DNA of 64,000 nucleotides from Leidyana gryllorum EB-2025a (GCA_048772705.1 JBLWGC010000217.1:1-64000); one strand, 5' to 3'; counted from the first letter of the stretch, positions 1-10,511 are shown. Notes: a model not told the origin generated them from the sequence alone. Translations and numbers: made by a program.

Positions 1-67
1 CCGCGTTGCACGACCGACAGGCGGCTGTTTGGTCTAGTGGTATGATTCTTAAGCGAGATCAACTGCG

Positions 68-139
68 CTCCGAGACCGGGAATCGAACCCGGGTCTTCCG
101 CGTGACAGGCGGAAATACTAACCACTATACTATCTCGGA
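68..139 (-). tRNA. tRNA-Asp-GTC: tRNA-Asp(GTC)
   Basis: TCCGAGA/TCTCGGA acceptor stem, anticodon loop CT-GTC-AC, GGTTCGATTCC. Confidence 0.93.
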
Positions 140-542
140 CGCTCCGAACACTCCGGCCTGAAACCCCAAAAGTCCTCCCTTCTCGAGATTTCACAGACAG
201 AAAGCGTGTAAAGTGGCGAGCCAAGGGCGCTCCGGCAAGATGGCCGAGTGGTCTAAGGCGCTGCACTTCCACAGACGAAGGAAACTGATACCACTAGCAC
301 TTCAACTCGACATACGGGGCAGCGGCTCTCATACAGCTAGCAAGCTTGCCTCGGTCGAAACGGAACGTCGTCCGAGTGAGAGGATATGATGCGGATCGGC
401 CTCGGACCCACAACTCCCGGTTCCGAAGACCGATGCCCTATCCAGTAGGCCACCGCACCATGGAGAGGCTTCGGTCATCTCGATATCTCAGAACCTCCCC
501 CAAACCGTTGTGAAAAAGTGCCAGCGAGTAAGACATGTCGTC

Positions 543-624
543 GGCAAGGTGGCCGAGTGGTTAAGGCGGCGGCCTGCTAAGCCGTTGGGTTCTACCCGCG
601 TGAGTTCGAATCTCACCCTTGTCG
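543..624 (+). tRNA. tRNA-Ser-GCT: tRNA-Ser(GCT)
   Basis: 82 nt, long variable arm, loop CT-GCT-AA. Confidence 0.92.
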
Positions 625-815
625 GTAGCATTCGGGGAGAGCGCATCTGCTTCAATGATTGAACTGGGGATTTTGGCCGACTCGAATCCAACTCTTTACG
701 CTGGGGGCTGTATACAAAAGCCAGTTACAATACTTCAGAGGTTAGTAGAGAGACCCGTGTTGCATGTGTCCAGTTGAGGAAGCGCTAGTCCGACTCTTCT
801 GGGATGGGCTGAACC

Positions 816-885
816 GGTTGCGTCCTTGGTGGTTAGCACTCGACACTTTGGATTTTCCGACCTGGTTTCGATCCCGGCGCGACCC
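816..885 (+). pseudogene. Degenerate tRNA-Gln(TTG)
   Basis: Gln body with broken D and anticodon stems; same decayed allele recurs near 20745, 36033 and 42245. Confidence 0.8.
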
Positions 886-949
886 TTGAACTGGTCCTCA
901 CTACTCCCTGAAGCTTCGCCACTTCTCTTGGGCTGCGGGGACCATCCAT

Positions 950-1022
950 GCAGCCATGGTCTAGTGGTTACGACGTCTGCTTAACACGCAGAAGGTCCCG
1001 AGTTCGATCCTCGGTGGCTGTA
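950..1022 (+). tRNA. tRNA-Val-AAC: tRNA-Val(AAC)
   Basis: GCAGCCA/TGGCTGT stem, TCTGC-TT-AAC-AC-GCAGA. Confidence 0.92.
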
Positions 1023-1077
1023 GCTCGCAACTTTCAGCGGGCACCAAAAAAGACAATCTTAAGCGAGATCAACTGTG

Positions 1078-1149
1078 CTCCGAGACCGGAAATCGAACCC
1101 GGGTCTTCCGCGTGGCAGGCGGAAATACTAACCACTATACTATCTCGGA
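1078..1149 (-). tRNA. tRNA-Asp body with GCC (Gly) anticodon
   Basis: As Asp gene but loop CT-GCC-AC and one T-stem change. Confidence 0.75.
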
Positions 1150-1243
1150 CGCTCCGAACACACCGGCCTGAAACCCCAAAAGTCCTTCCATCTTGAGATT
1201 CCAGGGATAGAAAACGCGTGGAGCGGCGAGCCAACAACATCCC

Positions 1244-1323
1244 GGCAAGATGACCGAGGGGTCTGAGGCGCTGTGCTCAGACCGGAGTCCGAAAGGTCGT
1301 GGGTTCGAATCCCACTTTTGTCA
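1244..1323 (+). pseudogene. Degenerate tRNA-Leu(CAG)
   Basis: Leu body with D-arm and anticodon-stem mismatches versus intact copy 15563-15642. Confidence 0.8.
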
Positions 1324-1359
1324 GGTTGCGCTCCAAACGGGAAAAACATAGAGTCCGGT

Positions 1360-1431
1360 TGAGCCCAGAGTGATTCGAACACCCAACCTTCTGATCTGGA
1401 GTCAGACGCGCTACCGTTGCGCCATAGGCCC
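1360..1431 (-). tRNA. tRNA-Trp-CCA: tRNA-Trp(CCA)
   Basis: TCTGA-CT-CCA-GA-TCAGA, full cloverleaf. Confidence 0.92.
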
Positions 1432-1603
1432 AAAACCATCCCCCGTTCCAGACTCATTTACCGGCAATCGGCCCGCTTCTTAGGCGTGACATTCGAAAAT
1501 AGTAACCACTATGCTATCTCGGACGCTCTGAACACGCCACGGACATTCCATTCGTTCAGAAAACGGCCGTTACCGTGTACGAGCTTCAACAACGAGGTGT
1601 GAC

Positions 1604-1674
1604 GCATCTGTGGTCTAGTGGTAGAATGTCTCGTTGCCATCGAGACGACCCGGGTTCGATTCCCGGCAGATGCA
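1604..1674 (+). tRNA. tRNA-Gly-GCC: tRNA-Gly(GCC)
   Basis: GCATCTG/CAGATGC stem, TCTCG-TT-GCC-AT-CGAGA. Confidence 0.93.
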
Positions 1675-1730
1675 GAGGACACATGGTTGCTTTTCCACAT
1701 TCAGAAATGAGTTGGTGTAACCACATCGCA

Positions 1731-1812
1731 CGACAACTGCTGGATTTGAACCAGCGCGGGCCCGGCCCAGTAGATTTCTAGTCTACCCCCTTAACCACTC
1801 GGGCAAGTTGCC
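1731..1812 (-). tRNA. tRNA-Ser-AGA: tRNA-Ser(AGA)
   Basis: GTAGA-CT-AGA-AA-TCTAC, long variable arm. Confidence 0.9.
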
Positions 1813-2044
1813 GTTGTTGAACTTGGCATTTTGCGGCCAGTGGCTTCACATACGGTTCAGCAAGCTTTACTCGGACTGCTCGCGCCGCCCGAACCCGCGG
1901 TTCTCCCTTCAAAAGTCTTGTGCTCTATCGACGGAGTTGGGGCGGCAAGAAAGCTCGGACTTGGTAACAAATTCCAGTCGTATTGATGGTGGAATCTTTC
2001 CGAGACGGTTCGGCTCTCGGCCGAAGCCTAAACTCGAGCACTTG

Positions 2045-2117
2045 TCCACTGTAGTCTAAGTGGCTAGGATATGCGGCTTTCACCCGCACGATCCGGGTTC
2101 AAGTCCCGGCAGTGGAA
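2045..2117 (+). tRNA. tRNA-Glu-TTC: tRNA-Glu(TTC)
   Basis: TCCACTG/CAGTGGA stem, TGCGG-CT-TTC-AC-CCGCA. Confidence 0.93.
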
Positions 2118-2193
2118 GTCATTGAAGTACTCGAGCAAAGTGCTCCACTAATCTCCGTCAGTAGCCATCGTTTCGTTATCTCCAACTTACATT

Positions 2194-2265
2194 GCCTTCT
2201 TAGCTTAGGGGCAGAGCGTTCGCTTCGTAAGCGAGAAGTCGCCGGTTCGATTCCGGCAGAAGGCT
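2194..2265 (+). tRNA. tRNA-Thr-CGT: tRNA-Thr(CGT)
   Basis: GCCTTCT/AGAAGGC stem, loop TT-CGT-AA. Confidence 0.9.
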
Positions 2266-2443
2266 TTGTTGCATCGATAGGCTTAAGAGGAATGGCTGTC
2301 GCCACGTACAAGATTCACAAGATCGTGTTCTGCATCTGTGGTCTAGTGGAAGAGTCGCTCGCTGCCATCGAGATAACCTGTGTGCGATTCCCGACTGCAA
2401 AATGGTAGCATGATGAGTTTGTCGGCGGTTTCGATTCTGACCG

Positions 2444-2516
2444 TGGGAGTGGAGAGGATCGAACTCTCGACTTCAGGATTATGAGACCTACGCGCTACCG
2501 ACTGCGCTACACTCCC
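2444..2516 (-). tRNA. tRNA-Met-CAT: Elongator tRNA-Met(CAT), intronless
   Basis: GGGAGTG/CACTCCC stem, loop CT-CAT-AA, TTCG T-loop. Confidence 0.92.
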
Positions 2517-2752
2517 CCTCCGACTTTCTCCGAGGAATCACCTGAACCCAGAACCATGCTGCCAGGCAGGTTGGGTCAAGATACAACAAAGCGGGCTGTT
2601 CTGGGAATGGAACCTAGGACTTCTTCCACCCGACGGAGGTATCATACCACTACACCAAACAGCCGCCTGTCGTTCGTGCAACCCGCTGAAGACAGTTTAA
2701 AAAGTGGTCATCCTATGTTGAGAACCAACAAATGCGATGGGGTCTGCACCAC

Positions 2753-2825
2753 GGGCGACTAGCTCAAATGGTAGAGCGCTCGCTTCGCATGCGAGAGCTA
2801 CTGGGATCGATACCCAGGTCGTCCA
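2753..2825 (+). tRNA. tRNA-Ala-CGC: tRNA-Ala(CGC)
   Basis: G3:T70, CTCGC-TT-CGC-AT-GCGAG, ATCG T-loop as in eukaryotic Ala. Confidence 0.88.
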
Positions 2826-2940
2826 AAGTACGTACAGCTGCACGTGGCGGGATCCAAACAAACTTCCATCTTTGAAGGGTCGCAGACCACAAGTGCCATT
2901 GGCACACCAGCGCACTCAGTGTTTAGTGTGCCTCTGAAAC

Positions 2941-3013
2941 CGGTCCTGGCAGGTTTCGAACCTGCGACTTTGTGGTTAACAGCCACACGCTCTGCCGACT
3001 GAGCTACAAGACC
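2941..3013 (-). tRNA. tRNA-Asn-GTT: tRNA-Asn(GTT)
   Basis: TGTGG-CT-GTT-AA-CCACA, full cloverleaf. Confidence 0.93.
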
Positions 3014-3258
3014 CAGCTACAATGGTTCAGAGGTTAGTATAGAGATCCTCCTTTTTCTACAACAGGATTCTGCAACCACGTCTTGTCAAGAGGGTACGGC
3101 TCTCGGCTAAAGCCTCAACTCGGGCACTTGTCCACTGTAGTCTAAGTGGCTAAGGGCGGCTCTCACCCGCACGATCCGGGTTCAAGTCTCGGCAGTGAAC
3201 CCAGCTGAGTGTGCTTGTGGGCAACAGTTCCATTCTTACTTTTAGGGAGATAGATCCA

Positions 3259-3331
3259 CACCGCCCGCGGGGCTCGAACCCGCGACTGCAACATTAAGAG
3301 TCTTGCGCTCTACCGACTGAGCTAGGGCGGC
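3259..3331 (-). tRNA. tRNA-Lys-CTT: tRNA-Lys(CTT), one anticodon-stem mismatch
   Basis: GCCGCCC/GGGCGGT stem, loop CT-CTT-AA. Confidence 0.8.
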
Positions 3332-3376
3332 AAGGAAGCTCGCCCCGTACCCGGCAAGGAAGCTCCCCCCGTACCC
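3329..3376 (+). repeat. 24-bp tandem duplication
   Basis: GGCAAGGAAGCTCGCCCCGTACCC occurs twice with about one mismatch. Confidence 0.8.
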
Positions 3377-3491
3377 GAGGAAGGCCCAAGATTCCACGAT
3401 CAATACAAATGGAATTGGTTATGATCACGCCGACATACCATGTTTTCCAAGACGGTACGGCTCTCGGCCGAAGCCCCAACTCAACCACTCG

Positions 3492-3564
3492 TCCACTGTA
3501 GTCTAAGTAGCTAGGATATGCGGCTTTCACCCGCACGATTCGGGTTCAAGTCCCGGCAGTGGAA
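3492..3564 (+). tRNA. tRNA-Glu-TTC: tRNA-Glu(TTC)
   Basis: Near-identical to 2045-2117. Confidence 0.8.
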
Positions 3565-3640
3565 GTCATTGGACCATTCGAGCAAACTGCTCCAGTAACC
3601 TTCGTCAATAGTGACTGACTCGTGATCATTGGCTTGCATT

Positions 3641-3712
3641 GCCTTCTTAGCTTAGGGGCAGAGCATTCGCTTAGTAAGCGAAAGGTCGCCGGTTCGATTC
3701 TGGCAGAAGGCT
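3641..3712 (+). tRNA. tRNA-Thr-AGT: tRNA-Thr(AGT)
   Basis: TTCGC-TT-AGT-AA-GCGAA. Confidence 0.88.
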
Positions 3713-4345
3713 CGACTGCATCGAATGGGCACCTGCAAGCTTATCGCAACTCCAATCATCGTAGCTGAGCCTCGTAGCTCAGCCATCAGAGTGTAAGTCT
3801 CTTAGCCACGAAGTCGCAGGTTTGGAACCTGCCAGTACCTGACGCACCCACAGCGCTCTGTTTGGTCCAGTTATATATTCTTCCTTTGGGTGGAAGAAGT
3901 CCTGGGTTCGATTCCCAGAACAGCCCGTCTGATAGTTGTTGACTCAATGCCACGTCTCTCCAAGGTCGGCTTCTATACGCGGCTCCCACTCGTACAATCC
4001 CGGATGAAGTCCAGACCAGCTGAGACAAAATCTGAGTTGCAGCAGTTGTGAGGGGCTGGAACTGCTCCGAGACCGGGAATCGAACCTGGGTCTTCCGCGT
4101 GACTGGCGGAAAAACTAATCACTATACTATATCGGACGCTCCAACACACCGGCCTGAAACCCCAAAAGTCTTTCCATCTTGAGATTCCAGGGACAGAAAA
4201 CGCGTGGAGCGGCGAGCCAACAACATCCCGGCAAGATGACCAAGTGGTCTGAGGCGCTGTGCTCAGACCGGAGTCCGAAAGGTCGTGGGTTCGAATCCCA
4301 CTTTTGTCAGGTTGCGCCCCAAACGGGAAAAACATAGAGTCCGGT

Positions 4346-4417
4346 TGAGCCCAGAGTGATTCGAACACCCAACCTTCTGATCTGGAGTCAGACGCGCTAC
4401 CATTGCGCCATAGGCCC
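4346..4417 (-). tRNA. tRNA-Trp-CCA: tRNA-Trp(CCA)
   Basis: Copy of 1360-1431. Confidence 0.9.
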
Positions 4418-4498
4418 AAAACCATCTCCCGTTCCAAACTAATTGCCTTGTGGTCAGGAATGGAGGTCCAACATCTCCGATCGTTCCAAACCATCTTC

Positions 4499-4570
4499 AG
4501 GGCACGCGCGGAGTTGAACCACGGACTTGCTGATCTGCAGTCAGCTGCTCTACCACTGAGCTACGTACCC
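4499..4570 (-). tRNA. tRNA-Cys-GCA: tRNA-Cys(GCA)
   Basis: GCTGA-CT-GCA-GA-TCAGC, U73 discriminator. Confidence 0.93.
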
Positions 4571-4924
4571 ACAAACTACCCGTCATACTCGCTCAACTCG
4601 ATTCTGTCTTCTCATTTGAAGCAAAACGGCCGTTATTGTGCACGAGCTTGAACAACAACGAGTCATGCATCTGTGGTCTAGTGGTAGAATGTGTCGTTGC
4701 CACCGAGACGACCCAGGTTCGATTCCCGGCAGACGCAGGAGGCACGCCTCAAACAGCCGTGGCAGATTGACAGAGACGCTGACAAGCTTCGGCACGAGGC
4801 CCGACCAGGGGCTGTTTGGTCTGCAGGTATGATTTTTCCTCGCTTGGAAGAACATTGCAACTGGGTCTTGTAGCTCAGTCGGCAAAGCGTGTAGCTGTTT
4901 ACCACAAAGTCGCCCTACTGAGTT

Positions 4925-4997
4925 TGGACGACCTGGGTATCGATCCCAGTACCTCTCGCATGCAAAGCGAGCGCTATACCATCTGAGCTAGCCGCCC
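4925..4997 (-). tRNA. tRNA-Ala-TGC: tRNA-Ala(TGC)
   Basis: Loop TT-TGC-AT; one D-stem change. Confidence 0.8.
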
Positions 4998-5057
4998 ATC
5001 CGCTCTACATGGAGAACCTTCTGCATCCAGTGGCTGACCGAGTGCCGATACAACGGC

Positions 5058-5137
5058 TGACAAGAGTGGGATTCGAACCCACGCCCTTTCGGACTCCGGC
5101 CTTAACACAGCGCCTTAGACCACTCGGCCATCTTGCC
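5058..5137 (-). tRNA. tRNA-Leu-AAG: tRNA-Leu(AAG), one anticodon-stem mismatch
   Basis: 80 nt, loop TT-AAG-GC, long variable arm. Confidence 0.8.
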
Positions 5138-5293
5138 GGAGTGTTCTTGGCTCGCCACTTTACACGTTTTCTGTTCGTGAAGTCTCGAGAAGGAAGGCTT
5201 TTGGGGTTGAAGACCCGCGCCCGATGCCCGTTCCGAAGCACGGTCGATTCCGCTTAGGACTGTTTCCTTTGGTTCTCGCTGAAAGTTGCGAGC

Positions 5294-5366
5294 TACAGCC
5301 ACCGATGATTGAACTCGGGACCTTCTGCGTGTAAAGCAGACGTCGTTACCACTAGACCGTGGCGGC
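5294..5366 (-). pseudogene. Degenerate tRNA-Val(TAC)
   Basis: Val body, loop TT-TAC-AC, acceptor and T-stem mismatches. Confidence 0.75.
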
Positions 5367-5637
5367 ACGAATGGTCCCCGCAGCCCAAGAGATGGCGAAA
5401 ATTCAGGGAGTAGTGAGGACCGAATCGAACCCAAGTCGGAAAATCCAAAGTGTCGAGTGCTAACCACCAAGGACGCAACCGGTTCAGCCCATCCCAGAAG
5501 AGTCGGACTAGCGCTTCCTCAACTGGACACATGCAACACGGGTCTTGTATACAGACCCCAGCGTAAAGAGTTGGATTCGAGTCGGGCAAAAACCTCAGTT
5601 CAATCATTCAACCAGTTGCGCTCTCCCCGAATGCTAC

Positions 5638-5719
5638 CGACAAGGGTGACATTCGAACTCACGCGGGTGGAACCCAACGGCTTAGCAGGCCGCCGCCTTA
5701 ACCACTCGGCCACCTTGCC
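5638..5719 (-). tRNA. tRNA-Ser-GCT: tRNA-Ser(GCT)
   Basis: Copy of 543-624 with a T-stem mismatch. Confidence 0.78.
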
Positions 5720-5828
5720 GACGACATCTCTTACTCGCTGGCACTTTTTCACAACGGTTTGGGGTCCTAGTCAAGCTTGCCGAACCGTATGTGACATCAC
5801 TGGCCGCAAAATGCCGAGTTCGACAGGT

Positions 5829-5910
5829 GGCAACTTGCCCGAGTGGTTAAGGGGGTAGACTCGAAATCTACTGGGCCTGGCCCGCGCTGGTTCAAATCCA
5901 GCAGTTGTCG
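5829..5910 (+). tRNA. tRNA-Ser-CGA: tRNA-Ser(CGA)
   Basis: GTAGA-CT-CGA-AA-TCTAC. Confidence 0.92.
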
Positions 5911-6466
5911 TGCGATGTGGTGGAAATGATGCAATTCCCAGCATCAAAAACTCATATGGGTCGAGACAGAGAATGCCTCCTTAGCTTAGGGGCAGAGCAT
6001 TCGCTTTGTAAGCGAAAGGTGGCTGGTTCGATTCCGGCACGAGGCTTCAGTCATTAGCCTAAACATGGTTGCGAACATCCGGCCGCATTTTCGCACGGCG
6101 GCTTGCACACAGCACTCCATCTTGCCGAAGTGTTACCCGTTTCCTGTCCGTGTTAGACAGCCTATCGATGGATCAAAGGGCACAAAACCCGATAGCCTGA
6201 CATGTGAAGTGGCTCTACTCCCAGAGCTGGAACTTCCGTAGTATGTGGGAGCCGCGTGTCAGCCCAACAGACTACAAAGGTTGGAGTGACGGGACAGAAA
6301 GCGAGCTGGCAACATGGCCAAATGCACTACTTTGTGAAACCTCACCACTCCTCTTGGGCTGCGGGGACCATCCGTGCAGCTATGATCTAGTGGTCACGAC
6401 GTACACGGCCGTTTTGCTTCAAGTGAGGAGGCAGGATCGAGTTGAGTGAGTATGAGGGGCAGTTCT

Positions 6467-6538
6467 GGGTACGTAGCTCAGTGGTAGAGCAGCTGACTGC
6501 AGATCAGCAAGTCCGTGGTTCAACTCCGCGCGTGCCCT
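6467..6538 (+). tRNA. tRNA-Cys-GCA: tRNA-Cys(GCA)
   Basis: Matches 4499-4570. Confidence 0.93.
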
Positions 6539-6656
6539 GAAGATGGAATGAAACGTTCGAAGATGTTGGCTCAGCCATACCGTCATGTGATCGAGACAGG
6601 GCCTGCCTGGTTAGCTGAGGGGCGAGGAATTCTGGCACCAGATGTCACGACCTCTC

Positions 6657-6729
6657 TGCCTCGGCCGTGGATCGAACACGGGACTTCCAGATCTTCAGTC
6701 TGGCGCTCTCCCAACTGAGCTACCGAGGC
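6657..6729 (-). tRNA. tRNA-Phe-GAA: tRNA-Phe(GAA)
   Basis: GCCTCGG/CCGAGGC stem, CCAGA-CT-GAA-GA-TCTGG. Confidence 0.93.
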
Positions 6730-6835
6730 GCTAGAAAGTCATGGAAGGCGGTGAAAATAAGCACTTAGCGCGGCCGTATGTGGGGCCAACTCACGCATGA
6801 ATTGTTGGAATGGTGAAAAACAAGCACGCGTCCTC

Positions 6836-6906
6836 TGCATCTGCCGGGAATCGAACCCGGGTCGTCTCGATGGCAACGAGACATTTTACCACTAGACCAC
6901 AGATGC
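6836..6906 (-). tRNA. tRNA-Gly-GCC: tRNA-Gly(GCC)
   Basis: Copy of 1604-1674. Confidence 0.85.
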
Positions 6907-7623
6907 GTGACACCTTGTTGTTGAAGCTCGTACACGGTAACGGCCGTTTTCTGAACGAATGGAATGTCCGTGGCGTGTTCAGAGCGTCCGAGATAGCATA
7001 GTGGTTACTATTTTCGCACGTCACGCCTAAGAAGCGGGCCCGATTGCCGGTAAATGAGTCTGGAACGGGGGATGGTTTTGAGCCTTTGGCGCAACGGTAG
7101 CGCGTCTGACTCCAGATGAGAAGGTTGGGTGTTCGAATCACTCTGGGCTCAACCGAACTCTATGTTTTTTCCCGTTTGGGGCGCAACCTGACAAAAGTGG
7201 GATTCGAACCCACTACCTTTCGGACTCCGGTCTGAGCACAGCGCCTCAGACCACTCGGTCATCTTGCCGGGATGTTGTTGGCTCGCCGCTCCACGCGTTT
7301 TCTATCCCTGGAATCTCAAGATGGAAGGACTTTTGGGGTTTCAGGCCGGTGTGTTCGGAGCGTCCAAGATAGTATAGTGGTTAGTATTTCCGCCTGTCAC
7401 GCGGAAGACCCGGGTTCGATTCCCGGTCTCGGAGCACAGTTGATCTCGCTTAAGATTGTCTTTTTTGGTGCCCGCTGAAAGTTGCAAGCTACAGCCACCG
7501 AGGATCGAACTCGGGACCTTCTGCGTGTTAAGCAGACGTCGTGACCACTAGACCATGGCTGCCGAAGGCCCCGCAGACCAAGAGAAGTGGTGAGGTTTCA
7601 CAAAGCAGTGAGAATTAGTTGCG

Positions 7624-7695
7624 AGGTCGCGCCGGGAATCGAACCCAGGTCGGGAGATTCAGAGTCTCCAGTGCTAACCACCACACCACGCAACC
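7624..7695 (-). tRNA. tRNA-Gln-CTG: tRNA-Gln(CTG)
   Basis: GGAGA-CT-CTG-AA-TCTCC. Confidence 0.82.
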
Positions 7696-8770
7696 CATTC
7701 AGTCCTTCCCAAAAGAGTTGGTAAAGCCATCCAGACTAGCCCTCCCTCAACTGGACACATGCAACACGAGTCTCTCCACCACTCTCTGAAATATTGGCAG
7801 TGGCTTTTGCATCTTAGTTGGCAGAGCGTGTGGTTGTCAAATACAAATTCGGAGATCCGGGCTCTGAGGCAACCTCCACACATACGGCGGTGCCAACGTC
7901 TATAGAAGGGCTACGGGGCACCCTGGAAAGCTCTCAACTCTGTAGTCAAATACCGCAGTTGCAGCACTACGGAGTTTAGACGACCTGGACATCAATCCCA
8001 GTACGCCTCAAGCTCAGAAACATTGTAAGGGGTCTTGTAGCTCAGTCGGCAGGGCGTGTGGCTTTTGATGACAAACTCGGAGGTCCGGAACCTAACAGAA
8101 CCGGCTTCAGATGCACCCTAAACCTTGACTGCGGTGCTCTCCAATGGCACTTGTGGTTCGCGACTCTTCAAAGATGGTAGCGATGGGTCTGAAGGCGGCC
8201 ACGTGCAGCCGTACGTACTTTGGACGACCTGGGCATCGATCCCAGTACCTCTCGCATGCTAAGGGAGCGCTCTACCATTTGAGCTAGTCGCCCGTGGTGC
8301 AGACCCCGTCGCATTTGTTGGTTCTCACCATAGGATGACCACTTTTTGAAGTGTCTTCAGCGGGTTGCACGAACGACAGGCGGCTGTTTGGTGTAGTGGT
8401 ATGATACTTCCGTCGGGTGGAAGAAGTCCTTGGTTCCATTCCCAGAACAGCCCGCTTTGTTGTATCTTGACCCAACCTGCCTGGCAGCATGGTTCTGGGT
8501 TCAGGTGATTCCTCGGAGAAAGTCGGAGGGGGAGTGTAGCGCGTAGGTCTGATAATCCTGAAGTCGAGAGTTCGATCCTCTCCACTCCCACGCTCAGAAT
8601 TGAAACCGCCGACAAACTCATCATGCTATCATTCTGCATCTGTCGGGAATCGCACACGGGTTATCTCGATGGCAGCGAGCGACTCTTCCACTAGACCACA
8701 GATGCAGAACACGATTTGGTGATCTTGTACGTGGTGACAGCCATTCCTCATAAGCTTATCGATGCATCAA

Positions 8771-8842
8771 AGCCTTCTGCCGGAATCGAACCGGCGACTT
8801 CTCGCTTACGAAGCGAACGCTCTGCCCCTAAGCTAAGAAGGC
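8771..8842 (-). tRNA. tRNA-Thr-CGT: tRNA-Thr(CGT)
   Basis: Matches 2194-2265. Confidence 0.9.
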
Positions 8843-8974
8843 AACTTAGCTGGAGAATCATGTGGCAGTAGTATCGACAAAAGTTAGCCGGGTGCCACGT
8901 GCACGGCGGGCTGTCCCGCGCGCATCGTGGGGGCATGCTGGGATGAAGTCGCAGGTTGTCCTGACTACAACGCC

Positions 8975-9054
8975 TGACAAGAGTGGGATTCGAATCCACG
9001 CCCGTTCGGACTGCGGCCTGAACACAGCGCCTTGGACCACTCGGCCATCTTGCC
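8975..9054 (-). tRNA. tRNA-Leu-CAG: tRNA-Leu(CAG)
   Basis: CTGTG-TT-CAG-GC-CGCAG; one T-stem change. Confidence 0.78.
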
Positions 9055-9272
9055 GAAATGTTGTTGGCTCGCCGCCCCACGCGTTTTCTATCCGTGGAAT
9101 CTCAAAATGGAAGAACTTCTGGGGTTGGAGGCCGGCGTATCCAGAGCGTCCGAGATAGTATAGCGGTTAGGATTTCCGCCTATCACGCGGAAGACCAGGG
9201 TCGATTCCCGGTCTCGGAGCACAGTTCGTTTTTCCGCTTCAGATTTCGTGGTGCTCAGATAAAGTTTCGAGC

Positions 9273-9345
9273 TACAGCCACCGAGGATCGAACTCGGGAC
9301 CTTCTGCGTGTGAAGCAGACGTCGTAACCACTAGACCATGGCTGC
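9273..9345 (-). tRNA. tRNA-Val-CAC: tRNA-Val(CAC)
   Basis: Val body, loop TT-CAC-AC. Confidence 0.92.
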
Positions 9346-9465
9346 GCGGAGCTTTCGGACTGTGAAAGGGGCGTGTGTCTCTGGAAACAGGTATCTGATG
9401 AGGGGCGAAAACCACGGAATGCTATGAGGTCTGCACAGCGGGCGACTAGCTCAACAAGATATTAT

Positions 9466-9536
9466 GCATCTGTGGTCTAGTGGTAGAATGTCTCGTTGCC
9501 ATCGAGACGACCCGGGTTCGATTCCCGGCAGATGCA
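9466..9536 (+). tRNA. tRNA-Gly-GCC: tRNA-Gly(GCC)
   Basis: Matches 1604-1674. Confidence 0.93.
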
Positions 9537-9773
9537 GAAGACACAGTTGGTTTTCCCACCATTCCAGGGATTCACGCTTGAGTTGGTGTCTGACCCCTCC
9601 GATCACATCGCACGACAACTGCTGGATCTGCAGCAGCCCGGCCCAGGCCCTGTAGAGATCACTCGGGCAAGTTGGCAACTGTCGAACTTAGTAACAGATT
9701 CCATCCGTATTCATCGTAGAATGTTGGGGCTTCTTCGGGTCGAGGGCAACTCTGTATCACAGATCCACTGCCT

Positions 9774-9847
9774 TGGTCACGCCCGGTCTCGAACCGGGGA
9801 CCTTGAGCTTATTAGGCTCACGCTCTAACCGACTGAGCTACGCGACC
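9774..9847 (-). tRNA. tRNA-Ile-AAT: tRNA-Ile(AAT)
   Basis: TGAGC-CT-AAT-AA-GCTCA. Confidence 0.92.
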
Positions 9848-9966
9848 GCCTCCGACGACAGATGGCACCGATTCACTTACTTGATGCCTCTGCGTCGCCA
9901 CTGCAATGCTTAGCATGTACTGCTGGTGTTTTGAGCCCAGCCGCCTACTCCGATGATCGCAGCACA

Positions 9967-10048
9967 CGACAACTGCTGGATTTGAACCAGCGCGGGCTAG
10001 GCCCAGTAGATTTCTAGTCTACCCCCTTAACCACTCGGGCAAGTTGCC
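9967..10048 (-). tRNA. tRNA-Ser-AGA: tRNA-Ser(AGA)
   Basis: Ser body, AGA anticodon. Confidence 0.9.
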
Positions 10049-10511
10049 GCTGTCGAACTTGGCATTTTGCGGCCAGTGGCTTCACATACGATTCAGCGAG
10101 CTTTAGTAGGACTGCTCGCGCCGCCCGAACCCGCGGTTCTCCCTTCAAAAGTCTTGCGCTCTACCGACGGAGTTGGGGCGGCAAGGAAGCTCGCCCCGTA
10201 CCCGAGGAAGGCACAGGATTCCACGATCAATACAAATGGAATTGGTTACTAAGTCCGAATTTGTATCAGAGATCCACTCACTTGGTCACGCCTACATACC
10301 AGCCTCACTTGAAGATCGCCCGGGTCGTCTAGTGCTTACAACAGCAAGTTGTGGCCGTGCATACCCAGGCCCGAATCCTGGCTTGGATAGTATGTCCACC
10401 GATGTCTCGAATGGGACATGTAGGTGAAGCTTGTCCAAACCCACGATCGGGCGTAGCTGCCCATGTCCTCTCTGGATCGCTACACACTTCCATTTGACGG
10501 CTCCGTTAGTC

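Larger units (their letters stand above)
8686..10292 (+). repeat. ~1.6-kb block, direct repeat of ~47966-49563
   Basis: Same order Gly*-Thr-Leu-Asp*-Val-Gly-Ser*-Ile-Ser-Lys* with near-identical spacers. Confidence 0.88.

Noticed and set aside
2410-2440. Possible box C/D snoRNA (ATGATGA...CTGA) between Gly* and Met
   Set aside because: Only about 30 nt long, and the CTGA is not kept in paralogous spacers (TTCCGA at ~25243 and ~30081).
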